NCBI GenBank assembly: GCA_963575745.1
Contig: CAUYUJ010000249.1
Coordinates: 62,001-116,363 of the forward strand
DNA: 54,363 bases
Direction of reading: 5' to 3'
Origin: Prorocentrum cordatum
Taxonomy: Eukaryota
A program made the position numbers and the translations under genes. Of this stretch, positions 1 through 14,509 are shown piece after piece. How positions within the stretch are numbered: the stretch's first letter is position 1; every line of letters begins with the position of its first letter. The notes below the pieces were generated by a model. That model was not told the DNA's origin and did no database searches. It saw only the letters and a list, made by a program, of their open reading frames with translations.

Positions 1-227
1 ATAATTTTGGTGCGGGAATATTGCGCTTGCCGTGGCAAAGCTATTGGAAACCATGACGCCCTTGGGGCTTCCTGGAGGCAAGCAGGGTGTTTCTTGGCAT
101 TGGTCTCAACTGTCAGCTTTTGAGCGACGCAGAGAAACGAGGTCGATTGCGCCGACATTCGCGCGTAACTCTCGCGTAAGGTCGCGCGAAACCGAAGACA
201 AAAAATCGGCATGAACATAAGCTTTAG

Positions 228-310
228 GCGCTCCGCCTGCCAGGGAGGGGGGCCCAGCGCAGATCGAAGAAATCCGCGCGGAGCGCCACAAGTTTATGTG
301 TATGCCTTTT
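228..310 (+). repeat. Single-arm copy of the same hairpin family
   Basis: GGGCCCAGCGCAGATCGAAGAAATCCGCGCGGAGCGCCAC matches the 12290-12440 arms. Confidence 0.65.
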
Positions 311-930
311 TGTTGTTCTTCTACTCCCAGGCCCCCAGGCCCCTGGGACATTCAAAAGCGACCGATTCAGGGTGACAAATTGGTCCTTGGAGAATGCATT
401 GGCCTCCCGAACCAGTTCCTTCAGGACTCGTTTTCTTCAAGCCAGCTTCGCTCATGTTAGGGAGGTTAAGGTGGGTGTGAAATGGCAGTGGTCGAACGCC
501 GACAGCTGTTCATGCCAAATTTCAAAAGGGCTCGCTGTCGGCGTCGCCGCGGACGTCGTGCGTTTGAGAGAAAGCGTCGTCTGTGCAACAGTGGACGCTG
601 TAGATTTTACGCCACATGTGTCGGTGGACATCTTGCCAATCTGGTCCGTCCACATTTCTGGCATGCCTCCTCTTTTGTTTCTTATTCTTGCTCTGCCCTC
701 GATCCCCTTTCCTGCTGCTGCTCCTCAACCACATGCCCCCGAAGGTAAAGCATCCCCCTCTTCCCACCGACATCATGGTTCTCTCCAGCCGAGACAGTTT
801 TGGCCGGGGCTGTGGAGCGACGGGTCTAAACGTCATCTTCACCGGGGGGGGTACCAATCGTACATTGAATTATTCTTACCATTACTGGCAGCATTATCAC
901 CAGCATCATCATAATGATTACCATCATCAG

Positions 931-974
<44 letters not shown>

Positions 975-1636
975 GTATCTTCCAAAGGACCATTCTGGCA
1001 AACCCCTCACACGGTTCGTGACCCCGTAGGGAGCTCCACGGGAGGTTCCAGTGGCGGTGCCCGCATGTGTCCGCTGCTCCCACCCCTCCATACATCCGTA
1101 CACTCCGTACACTCCGAAACATGTCTCGACCTCTCTGCATTCCTACACTTCGAAACATGCGTTAACAGTCGGAACATCCGCACACTCCGAAGAACTCCGT
1201 TCACTACTCCTCCTCCTTCATGCTGCGACCTGCCGGGAAAAAATACAAGTGTATGATCCTCCAGAGCCCGAACTTCATTATCCCCAGCTTGTGATCTTCG
1301 GGGGCATAGGGCTACCGTTCTCCAACTCCTCACCCCCGCATCTTCATCACTTCCGGAGTCGGGCAGGCGCTGCAGAACTTGACCCCTCCCGCCCTGCCCC
1401 CCCCCAGCCGGTCCCCATCCTCTCACTCCTTTCTTTCTTCCGTTCTCACGTTCTTCCTGATTCCCCTCTTTCCGCAGATAGCTTGGCTCACATTTTTTTC
1501 CGGGGTGGGTCGGACTTCATATGTGAGCCCGTCATGTGTGGATGTGTCCTCCAATGCGAGCACCGCCATCATCGCATCATCGCAAGCAATGTGTGCGTAG
1601 CCCGTTCTTGTTTTAGATCACGACTGTGAAAAAAGA

Positions 1637-1712
1637 GTATGTGTGTGTGTTATGATGTTTGTATTTGTGTCTGTGTCTGTGTATGCTTGTATGTGTGTGT
1701 GTGTGCGTGTTG

Positions 1713-1749
<37 letters not shown>

Positions 1750-1890
1750 GCGCGCGTGCGTGCGTGCGTGTGTTCACGCGTGTTAGTGTCTGTGTATGTC
1801 TGTGTGTGTCTGTGTGTGTGTGTCCGTGTGTGTGTGTGTGTGTCTGTGTGTGTCTGTGTGTGTGGTGTATATGGTGTGTGTGTGTGCCCG
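1637..1890. repeat. (GT)n/(GCGT)n microsatellite
   Basis: Direct reading. Confidence 0.95.
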
Positions 1891-2334
1891 TGTTCCAATG
1901 TGTGTTTTTTCCTCTGCCTTTGTATTGTCACCGTTCTTCATTTCGGGCCTCCCTCTTCGGCTGGCTCTTCCTTCCCTCTTCGTGTGTTTCCTTGCCCATG
2001 TGGTGCGTGGTGTCTCCCCTCCTCCCCTCGGCTCCCACTCCTCCGTCGGTCAGCCAGTTGTCGAGTCTCGTCCGTCCGCCTGCCTCCCTCCGATGTCTGC
2101 CGCCGCTCTCCGCCTGCCTCCTCGCTCGGCTTGGCTCCCCGTGGCCTTGTCTCGCTGGCCCCGTGTTTGGCCCCTCGTCGTCCTAACTCTGGCACTTCGA
2201 GCCTGTGCTGCATCGCGCGGGACCGTCTGCCGTGCCCAGCTTTATAGCTCTCTCCATAGCTGGGCCCGCACTTCCCGAACGGCTGGGTGGCTCTCTCCTC
2301 GCCCTGCCCGAGGCGCTCACAATGTGTGCCAGGA

Positions 2335-2596
2335 AGAGGGGGAGGAGGAGGAGGAGGAGGAGGAGGAGGAGGAGGAGGAGGAGGGGGAGGAGGAGGGAGG
2401 AGGGAGGAGGGGGAGAAGGAGGAGGAGGAGGAGGAGGAGGAGGAGGAGGAGGAGGAGGAGGAGGAGGAGGAGGAGGAGGAGGAGGAGGAGGAGGAGGAGG
2501 AGGAGGAGGGAGTAGGAGGAGGGGGAGGAGGAGGAGGAGGAGGAGGAGGAGGGAGGAGGGAGGAAGGGGAGGAGCAGGGGAAGGGGGAGGAGGAGG
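2335..2596. repeat. (GGA)n microsatellite
   Basis: Direct reading. Confidence 0.95.
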
Positions 2597-3499
2597 CGTT
2601 CGTGTGTGAGTGTGCATGTGCGCGCGCGCCTTTTGTGAGCGTGGACCTCGGACCCTGGGCCTTCCCGCGACCACGCACTGCGGCCGTCCCTGGTCGAGCT
2701 GGCACGAGTCGTGCGTCACCACCCGCCAAGCCACTCCAACCCGACCAGAAGGCCTCACTTTGCCTTCCGTTTCCAGTGGGGAGGGGGGTCGGGGAATATG
2801 GGAACAAAAACACGTAGGAAGCCCATACAGTGGGGGCGCGTGCCAAGAAACCAGTTGGACTTTGCCAGGGTGCCTTGGGTTTCTTGAACTTCGATGGGCC
2901 CTCAATAAGATCTTGATGATGGTCGATCGACAAATTTGGATTCTCATTTGACAAATCGCGGATTTCAGGGTTGGGTTTCTTTCGGAGGTTTCTTGTGGCC
3001 GAGCCCCCACTGTACCTCCCCAAACCCGAAGTTCGGGCGAAAGTGTTGGGTTGGCGTGGCTTGATAGGTGGTCAGCATGGGCTGGCACCACCGCGGCCGA
3101 GCGACCGGACACCGCCACGGGCGATGATAGGCACGCGGGGGCACGCCGCGCAGCGATCGCCGCGCACACGCAGCAGTGCCCGCCAGCGGCTCGGGCTGCT
3201 CGAGCTCGAGTGGGCAATCGAGGAGGAGGCGCCGCGCAAAGGATCGCACTAGGGGAACAAGCAATGACATAACTATTTTGCTTCGAGCGTTCGCCACCGG
3301 AACCTTCGGCGTTTGATCCCGACGACGCTCGCGCCCATTGGAACGATGTGCGCGTGGGCCGGTGGTGTCGGCCAGTGCGGCGGTCTGACCAGGTCGCAAG
3401 TTGCCATTATCCTGAAATCTGGCGGACACTGAGCCCCTGACGACAGCGAAAGATGCCCAGTGCCGAACAACTAACCTCCAAAGCGTCTTGAACTTTGTC

Positions 3500-5945
<2,446 letters not shown>

Positions 5946-6039
5946 CCCCTTGAATTTGACCCTGATGCTCTCCCTCGCCGACGTCGCTGCGAGGGAGGGC
6001 GGCTTTCGTTTTCGCGAGGGATATGCGAGGCGAGCATCT

Positions 6040-6820
6040 GTTGGAAACCGAGTGTAAAGGAATTCGAATGCAAACCGATTGTTTAGGAATTCCTATGGGA
6101 AGCCGATTGCGAGGGAATTCAAGTGGAACCCAAATTTACAAGGAGCTCCTGTCGGAAACCGATTGTCGAAGAATCCCATTAGAAACTGATTATAGGAAGT
6201 CCGATTTGAAATCGAGTGTGAAGGAATCGAATTGGATACCGATTGTCAAGGAATCCTATTGGAAACCGGTTGTGAAGGAGTCCTACTTGAAATTTGATGT
6301 AAAGGAACCCTATTGGAAACCAATTGTAAAAGGGATCCCTATTGGAAAATGATTGTACAGGAATTGTTTGGGGAACCGATCGCAAAGGAATTCCTTCTGG
6401 AAGTCGTCTGCACAGGCATCTCATTGATGGAACATCGATTATGTAGGAAGTACGATTGGAAACCGATTGTATCGGAATCGTATTGGAAGCTGCGTGTGAG
6501 GGAATCAGATTGGACATCGATTGTGTTGGAATCCTATGGGAAACCGATTGCCTATTGGAAACCGATTGTACAGGAACCGTTTTGGAAACCGATTACATAG
6601 CAATCGTATTGGAAACCGACTGTGCAGCAAGTCAGATTCGGAATTTGTTGTATAGAAACCTTACTGAAAACCGATTATATTGGAGTCCCATTGGGCGCCG
6701 AGTGTATCGGAGTATTGTTGGAAACCGGTTGTATAGGAGCGCTAGTGGAAACCAATTGTGTAGGAATACAGATTGGAAATCGATTGTGCAGGAATTTTTT
6801 TGGAAACCAATTGTGACGGA
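6040..6820. repeat. Degenerate ~29-bp minisatellite (TTGGAAACCGATTGT..AGGAAT)
   Basis: The GGAAACCGATTGT core recurs about every 29 bp. Confidence 0.9.
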
Positions 6821-7389
6821 ACCCGTCCCTTTGCACCTCCAGCCGACGATGAGGAAGCAGTTGGCCTCATCAACTCGTCTTTTGATCCCTCCTATGCGAA
6901 GACACATTGGCCGACAACATAATAGAACTGCGAACGTGAAATGCAACTTCATTACATGTCTATGGTCTGAAATCAGGCTGAGCACAAATGGATACGGACC
7001 GTCGTTGAGATGTTGGGAGTGAAGCTGCCCCAACAGACGCGATAATCGCAGGACCTTCGAGTAGCGAGACCAGATGATGTTGATTATGATGATGATGATG
7101 ATAATGATGATGATGATGATGATGATGAGCACGAGGATGCATACGGTGATCATCCCAACGATTGTCATGAATGATCACTATTACTTTGATTGCATTGGGA
7201 GCGTTCTCTCTTCGCAGACCGTCAGCGACAAGCCCCCGTGTAACTGTTAAGGTGAACGCAAAATAACAACTCGCAGATCGTAAAGTTGACGTCGTAATGT
7301 CGATACTGCCTGTCAGGATTCGTGTCGGGCGTCTGCCCGCTCCGTGTTGGTCCGATCGCCAGCGTGTGTGTGGCACAGAGGCAGCTCAT

Positions 7390-8607
7390 GTCTCGAAGCA
7401 CCTACAACTTCCTGGCCTTCTTCGCCTTGGGAGGGGCGCCCGAGATCCTAGTGTACCACTTCGTTGAGGTCGTTGAACTGTTTGAGCACAGGGTCCTGCT
7501 TCTTCGCCGCAGCCAAGCTGTGGTCGTCCTGCACGTTGCATTGCACAATCATACCTTCCATGATCCCATGGACATCCTTCACCTTCGGCATGGGCTTCTG
7601 CGCGTCTTCGTGCAGTGCCTGGGCGTACTTGTTGTCTTTGCACCTGGTCCAGGTCTTCTCGAGGTCGGTCAACATGCTGGCTGTGGTCGAGCAGGCCTCC
7701 CGCGGGTCCTTGACGGCGTTTGCCGTCCGCTGGAACTCGCCAAACCCAGATTTGATCGCGACGGGCGGCACGTTTGCCTCAGGCCGTAGCGCGACGGCTC
7801 CGCTTGGAGATGAAGACCCTGCTCTATTAGCAACGATCGAGCCGAGGTGATCTGTCGCCTCATTTGCCGCCTGCTCGGCATCGAGCTCCTGCTCGTTGCT
7901 CAAGTTCCTCTTGTCGGCGCGGTACTCGCGCTCGCCGCCCTTCGGGAAGAACACGTGATATTCTCGGTCGAATTCACAGTCTAATTTCGTGGTTGGATCA
8001 GGCCTGTGATGAAGAGTATGTTAGTCGACCTTACTCTGCGCTTTGTGCGCTCCAAGGCGAGCGATCAACGTTTCCTTAGGCATCCATTCAAAGTCCTCGT
8101 CCTTCTGCTTCAAGTTGCCAGCTGTGCGAACCGTAGAGAGTCTGTTCTGAACCGCGAGCTTCGCCAGCTTGTCAGCGAACCACTGCTCGAGAAAGGTTTT
8201 TTTTTCTGCGGTCTTTCTGTGGTCATCTTGGACGAGTAGGCGTCCCTGGCCCCAACAGAGTCCAAGCAATACCTGCATCTGAAAACCCGTAGTGACGTAA
8301 GACAGCCCCCCTAATGTGAAAACCATAGGGTTACGAACTAGAGCATCGCCAATTGTTCGATGCTCTATGCCGTGCGAGAAAGTGAACGTAGACCTCCCCC
8401 CAACATGGAAGACATTGCCAAACCGCAGAATTACAAACGCAGTCTTGGGTCCACTCCAGGTCACGAGAGATTGGAGCGCTGACGCTTCAGCTCCTCCTCG
8501 TTGCTGAGAAGTTATTTCGCCTTCTCGAGGTCTTGTGCTGCGATGCTGAACGAAGGCAGGGGGGCCTGTGTCTTCTTCTTCTTCTTCTTCTTCTTCTTAG
8601 GTGCCAT
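7390..8607 (-). pseudogene. Decayed multi-exon hypothetical gene
   Basis: MAPKKKKKKKKK..DLEKAK*LLSNEEELKRQRS, then FLEQWFADKL..FEWMPKETLIARLGAHKA, then EREYRADKR..QFNDLNEVVH. These are protein-like segments broken by stops and frameshifts. Confidence 0.45.
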
Positions 8608-8941
8608 GCCTGCTGCCAAGACTGCGGTGGGTACTTCGGGCAACCCAGTCATTCGCCCCCCCCCACCAGCCCCACATTGCCATATCACCACAACATTCCC
8701 TACGAATCCACTGTGTCTGCAGACGCACCTAGGCCCGGACGGCCAAGACTGAACCGCCACCTGCGAACAAAAATAACAAGCAGAAGCAAATATATCACAC
8801 ACACACTGTGTGTGTCTTTGTATTCTGTACAAACACACATATATCTACATGTATATGCAACCCCCCAACCACATACTATGATGGTCTGTCTTTTTGCCTG
8901 TTGTTTTTTATGGTGCGTGTTGCTGCTGTTGTTGTTGTTGC

Positions 8942-8977
<36 letters not shown>

Positions 8978-9284
8978 GTTTTTGTATGTCGTAGTCTGCG
9001 TGTCTGATGTATTATGTCGGTTATGGGTTCGAGTCTGCTCCTCTGATGTCTTCTTGTTTTACATGTTTCTGTATGGTTTTACTTGCTCGCTTACGTGGTG
9101 ATTGGTTGTGGGTTGGGTTAGGCCGAGGTTGGGGCGAAGGGCGGGGTGCTCGAAGGATCCTTCAGGCAACCTAGAGTTTTGCCACTTGCAGGAATCTGGA
9201 GCCGAATTGCCTCTGGAGGAGGAGGAGGTGGATCGGAGCTCGAGGAATCCAGTCCTACAGCGACTGGGAGCCAAAATCTGATGC

Positions 9285-10020
9285 TCATTTCTCCGACGTG
9301 CTCGGGGCTTCAGGGGCGCCCCCCTCCCTCCCAAACAGTTGTTTTTTTTTCTCCCGAACCTCGGGGGGCAAAACTTCTATCCGTATGAAGTGTGCCCTTA
9401 GAGCTTGCCATATGTACAACCGCGATTGGCAGCATGCGTAAACCTCGAGACGAAGAACACCTAGCACTCGGGGGACCTGGGAATCCTGGGGCATGTCGCA
9501 GTCGGCTTCCTCGTCGCTCTCCTGGTCGGCATCCTCGGGCTTCTCGAGGGTGGAGTCCGCGGGCGCGCTCTCGATCTTCAACGACTTCTTTGTTGGCATC
9601 TTGGCCTCATCGCTGAGGTGACGCTTCAAAGGAGAACTCGCGGGCTCGATCAAGAAGTTTGCGTGATGCCGCAACGACTCTTACTTCTCGAGCAGGCCCT
9701 GTGAATGGCTGATCATCGGCTTCGGCTCGACGTGCTCTTCGGGAGGTTGCCCATTGAGAACCGTAGTAATGGAGGAGATCAGCATGTAAGTTTCGGTTGC
9801 GAGCTGCTCAATGTCGAGGCTGAGCTTCTCAACGTAGCGAGGTTTGTCGATGGTGGCCAACTTGTGCATCCACGCGCCGACGACGGTCATCATGGTGTCG
9901 AGCCCATCCTTGCCCGTCCCAGCTCATCGTGGTACTCGGTGTGGTCTGCTCCGTATTCCTCCTGGGATGCAACGCTCAAGACTTGCGACACAATCGTAAA
10001 ATCCCCTGCAAACCAGAATG
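9285..10020 (-). pseudogene. Decayed hypothetical gene downstream of a relict spliced leader
   Basis: ORFs 9681-9893 and 9285-9674 share one frame and are separated by a single TAA (LLEK*ESLRHH). A protein-like segment upstream (GSFWFAGDFTIVSQ..) is in another frame. Confidence 0.5.
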
Positions 10021-10026
10021 AACCCT

Positions 10027-10046
10027 CTTGAGCCAAGATGCTACCG
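10027..10046 (-). promoter_or_regulatory. Relict dinoflagellate spliced-leader (DinoSL) sequence
   Basis: Minus strand CGGTAGCATCTTGGCTCAAG versus DinoSL CCGTAGCCATTTTGGCTCAAG; the 3' 10 nt are identical. Confidence 0.7.
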
Positions 10047-10810
10047 ACGCCTGACAATGGAACCTAATGAAGAGGAAGCGTCCTCAACCTAGATGCTCGT
10101 TCGGACCTGACACCGGAACCTGGGCCCATTGAAGCCACACGGTTGCCTCCTGAAGGGATGCCGTACATGGTGTGTCCCAAGGGCTAATGCTACACGTGCT
10201 TGAACGCGCAATAACACAAGCAACGCTCCCACTAGATAACGTATGTCCTTGTACGCGCGTATAGTGTCCATGCAAATACGCAGTCGCCGCTCAGCGGGGT
10301 GAAATCTAACATCAGATGTTTACGCCTACATCGTGCCACCATCTGTGTCCGATCGTGCACGTGAGTGCCATTGTTTGTTTCAATGTACATCGAGGCACAC
10401 GCCTAAAAACCCAAACGATGAAGCCTTCACGTTTCTCGAGCACGAGCACTCATGCCGATGATGGTGAGGATGGGTACGCTCGTGATGGTAGCAATGATGG
10501 TAGTCAGGGTGGTAATCGTGGTGCCACAGTTCCACGCGATGATGATGCTGATGATAGTATAGATGATGGTGATGATGGTGATGATGAAGCTCATGACTCG
10601 ATAATCATGGTGATGCTGATGGTGATGATGATGACCATGGTGACGATGGTGATGTTAGCTATTAGTGCGGCTGACGGTTGCCATTTTGATTGTGCCGATG
10701 TTTTTTTTGTTGTTGGTAATCTGCTATTCAATGCCTCCCCATCGGCGCCTTGGAACGTTTCTGTCATGCATGCGCTAGCGATGGCCCGTGACCAGTAGCC
10801 TGCTACTAAA

Positions 10811-11839
10811 TTAAAACAACTTCCCACCAGCAGCAATCCGAGCCTTCAATGCCTTGACGTGCGACCTCGCCTTGTTGCCCGCCAACTGCTTGGCCTTGGC
10901 GGAGTCTTTGGAGATGCCAATGCTAGCAAGCCGTTGCGTCTCCCCGTGCCACGCCCTCGAGCGCTCCTTGTTGAGGAACTTCTCCAAGGGAAAATTCGTG
11001 CACTTGCTCTTCATCGGCTTCTTCTTCTTGGATTTGACAGTCTTCATGGGCTTCGTGTGATTGGCCGTGCTCGTGGGAGTGTCAACCGCCACCACTCTGG
11101 AGCCGTCCAGCGTGACTTCTTTATTTTTCAGCTTCGCTTGGAAATCTCTCCATGGCTTGGCCGACATGCCCTGAGCATTCTCGTCGCCAAGTATGTCCAT
11201 CTCCTTGGCGCTCAAGCGGCCAACGCCTGCGGTGCCCTCCACCTCGACGATCGCGGTGCCGTAGGCGGTCTTCTCCCGAAGCCGCCGCAGAGGCTCGTCG
11301 CGGAGAAGGCGACGAAGGGTGGGGTCTTCAGAATCATAGAAGCCGGAGACCTCGACGACCATGGGGGCAGGCACGCTCGGCTCGACGATCTCCACGTCGC
11401 CCTCCGTGCCGCCAGTGCACTCGGACGTCCTTATGGGTTCATTTCGATTCTTTCGATTCGATTCGAGGGTTTCCGATTCCGATCCGATTCGATTTGGGAT
11501 TCCGATTCGGAAGGCCGATCGGCTTGCCATTTCTGCCGATACGGATTCTCCCGACTCGGCCGCCGATTTCCGCCAATCCGATTTGTTTCGACCGCCGATC
11601 CGACGTATCGATTCGATCCTGGGCGCGCCTGCCTTTGCTTCTTCCTTGATGCCAGCGCTGCTGCACGATTTTGGTGGCAGTGCGATCGGCTTGACGCTGC
11701 GGGCGGATGCGCGAGGAGTCGTTCCGGGGTGGCGCTTCGTCGTGGAGAGCAGACTGTCTGAAGCCGCGAGAGCCCTGTGTGCTCTCCCGTGAGATATGCG
11801 TCGGTTGAGTCTGCGCCGTCGGGTACACCCCGCCGCTGT
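10811..11839 (-). CDS. Hypothetical basic protein (5' end unresolved) with a C-terminal KERSRAWH..G..AK..A helical motif and a predicted intron at 11430-11618
   Basis: The frame is open from 11839 to 10811 with natural composition and GC-ending codons. Splicing gives ..GIKEEAKAGAPR-TSECTGGTEGDVEIVE.. No ATG lies upstream in frame, so the gene is partial or pseudogenised. Confidence 0.5.
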   Translation of the reverse strand, partial: TAAGCTRRRRLNRRISHGRAHRALAASDSLLSTTKRHPGTTPRASARSVKPIALPPKSCSSAGIKEEAKAGAPRIESIRRIGGRNKSDWRKSAAESGESVSAEMASRSAFRIGIPNRIGSESETLESNRKNRNEPIRTSECTGGTEGDVEIVEPSVPAPMVVEVSGFYDSEDPTLRRLLRDEPLRRLREKTAYGTAIVEVEGTAGVGRLSAKEMDILGDENAQGMSAKPWRDFQAKLKNKEVTLDGSRVVAVDTPTSTANHTKPMKTVKSKKKKPMKSKCTNFPLEKFLNKERSRAWHGETQRLASIGISKDSAKAKQLAGNKARSHVKALKARIAAGGKLF

Positions 11840-12289
11840 CTATGATCCTCGGTGTTCTGCTCCATGTCCTCGCACGGGGTCGTGGTCCCTCCTCATCTGC
11901 ACGTTTGGCACTGTCGTGTTCACCCTTTGAGCATACCCCCCCCCTCCACGCGTGAGGCATCCGGCATCAAGGCAACGAGAATGGGGGCCATTGCAAAGTC
12001 TCACGGCGTACGTCCTGAAGGCTTGACCAAGGCCGCCCGCGCTCCTCGGTGCCGCAAGCAGCCAACGCCCGCCTTCGGTGCTGGGGCCATGCGACTTCGC
12101 CGAGAAGGGAACCCAGCTTTCCGACGATCTAATTATTTTTTTGGCGGGTTATCCTCGAGGCCCCTGTGGGCCAGTCCCCAGGAGCATCACACACAGATCG
12201 GGGACCAAGAAGCGATCGGGGGTTCGGATATCTGGGGCCGCGGGTTGAACAAAATGAGATCGGCAGTGGTCATCGAAGAAGGAAAAGCG

Positions 12290-12440
12290 CCATAGACATG
12301 AATTGTTGGCGCTCCGCGCGGATTTCTTGGATCCGCGCTGGGCCCCCCCAGGCGGCGCCTCCGTCGCCGCCTCTGGCGCGCTCCGCGCGCCAGGGAGGAG
12401 GGTCCAGCGCAGATCCAAGAAATCCGCGAGGAGAAATGTT
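12290..12440. repeat. Hairpin (MITE-like) element, copy 1
   Basis: Arms CGCGGATTTCTTGGATCCGCGCTGGGCCC and GGGTCCAGCGCAGATCCAAGAAATCCGCG. Confidence 0.7.
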
Positions 12441-12899
12441 TTTGTTGATGTCGTGGGTCATGGACCCACCCCCGGGGCTTCCCCAGGACCTGCAGGGCTT
12501 TCCGCAGCGCGCTCGGCCTGGGGAGTCAGAAGCGACACCACCTCCCTAAACTGGGCATGGGGGATGTCTCGCGCGAGAGCAGGGGACCACACCACCAATT
12601 CGGTTGCAAATCATGGAAGCCTGGTACGCCCTCTTAATTGAGTCTTTAGCGTCGAGTAGCGTCTGGGAGTCGATGGGATAGCGCCGCTTTAGCGTCGATT
12701 CGCGTCGATTTAGCGTCGATTAGCGTCGACTGGCATCGATTCGCATGGATTCGCCAGAGCCGACAAGATGTTATGGAAGGCTCCCATGAGTTGCCAGCGG
12801 ACACCAAGGAGACCCCCCCTTGGCCCCTCCCGCTGGTAGCCCCAGGTAGTGGTGGTGATGTCGTTTTTCTCGGATCCGTGTCTCGAAGGAGAAGAAGGG

Positions 12900-13025
12900 A
12901 CATCATGAACTTTGGAAACTCCGCGCGGATTTCTGGGATCGGCGCTGGGACCCCCCGGAGGCGCCCGAGGCCCCGCCAGGGGGGGGTCCAGCGCCGATCA
13001 AAGAACCCCGCGCGGAGCAAACAGC
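12900..13025. repeat. Hairpin (MITE-like) element, copy 2
   Basis: Arms CTCCGCGCGGATTTCTGGGATCGGCGCTGGGACCCCCC and GGGGGGTCCAGCGCCGATCAAAGAACCCCGCGCGGAG. Confidence 0.7.
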
Positions 13026-13599
13026 CGACGCCCGGCGTCGGTGTCCGTAGAGGAGAGGGAAAGGAGGACGAGCAGGAGGAGCAGGAGGAGGAGGAGGAGG
13101 AGGAGGAGAAGGAGTAGGAGGAGGAGGAGGAGGAGGAGGAGGAGGAGGAAAAGGAGGAAGAGGAGAAGGAAAAGGAGGAGGAGGAGAAGGAGGAGGAGGA
13201 GCAAGAGAAGGAGGAGGGAGGGAGGGGAGCATCGCGGAGGAACACCAGCGTTAACCCAAGACTCACAAACTATGCGGCAATAGGCCCTCCCTCCAAGCTC
13301 CCTTTCCATAGGCCCCTGCCAAGGTCCATTCTCGCTCAGGGACGTATCCCGTTGGAAGACAACCGCTTGAACATCCTGAAACTGTGCCAGATCACCTTTG
13401 TTGGGACTTCAGCTCCGCGAGTCTGCGCTACTGTCACGTGCAACCGATTTTCAATCGTGCGAGAGCGCCATGCCTGGGACTTCGGCACCGCGAGCCAGCA
13501 GAATTCTTGATCCCCGACAGTCCGACATCGTGCCAAAACACCATTTCTTGGACGCTAGCCGTGGACATCCCTGAATCTCATGTACACTCTCTTACAACG

Positions 13600-13890
13600 A
13601 ATGTGCGCGCTGTGGCGAGAGCCACATGCTGAAAAACTAGATCCCTCCATCCGTGGAAGTCTTGCGATGTTTCAAGCGACTTCGCGCGGCACTAAGGTGA
13701 GAGCCGCATGTTGGAAACGACCCGCCCTCCATCCATGAAGCTCTTGCAAATCTTCAAGACGAGTGCGCGCGGCGCCAAGACGAGAGCCACATTGTGAAAA
13801 CGGTTCAGACGGGTGTGCGCGTCGCTAGGGCGAGAGCCACATTTTGAAAACGACCCGCCTTCTGTCCGTGAAACTGTTGCAAATTCTCAG
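13600..13890. repeat. ~82-bp tandem repeat, 3-4 copies
   Basis: GAGAGCC(A/G)CAT anchors at ~13617, 13699, 13781 and 13832. Confidence 0.75.
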
Positions 13891-14509
13891 CTCCAGGAGC
13901 ATTGATGGTGAGGAAGTCTCAGGCGAAAGCGAAACCATATTCGCTTGACATGGCTTGCCGCTCCCGCGATTCACTCCTGCTCTTGGGACTGTCCTTCGTA
14001 CGGTAAAACCGAGTTGGATATGGGCTTCGTCTCACGCGAAGCATCTCGTTGGGCCCCCCAGCCCTTCAAACTTGGTAGCGGAGCTGGCCTATGGTGGTCA
14101 GCTCTAGCTCAATTCCTCATCATCCACAGCACCATCTGGTGGATTACTGATACGGCGGAACATCAGTGTGCAGTGGCTCTGCGCGGAGCAATGTACATAT
14201 ATACGCACAATCGCAAGGACATTTGCAGTGCTACTTCTGCTCATGCGGAGGTCCCTTACATGAGTTCTACCTCTCTGCGCTACTACACTCCTGAAGTCCA
14301 CCCTCCTACTCCACTTGGTTATTCTTGTTCGAAGACACGATGTATGGCAACATGCGATGCGATATTGTGCCGCCTCCACCCCTACGCTAGCTAACGACGG
14401 CGTCGCCTCAGAAACCACAGCCACAAACAACCAACTACGACCTACGAGGCCACTGGATTGGTATAAGCAGATTTGGCCTTCTACCGGTCGCTATCGGATG
14501 TGCTGCTGG

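Noticed and set aside
1639..3217. Overlapping 200-360 aa ORFs rich in CV, P, E, G or S
   Set aside because: Produced by (GT)n and (GGA)n repeats that lack stops in several frames.
3268..3287. Weak DinoSL-like match CATAACTATTTTGCTTCGAG
   Set aside because: Only 14/20 and no credible downstream ORF.
6040..6820. Possible CRISPR array
   Set aside because: Units are contiguous degenerate ~29-mers without unique spacers; no cas genes; eukaryotic context.
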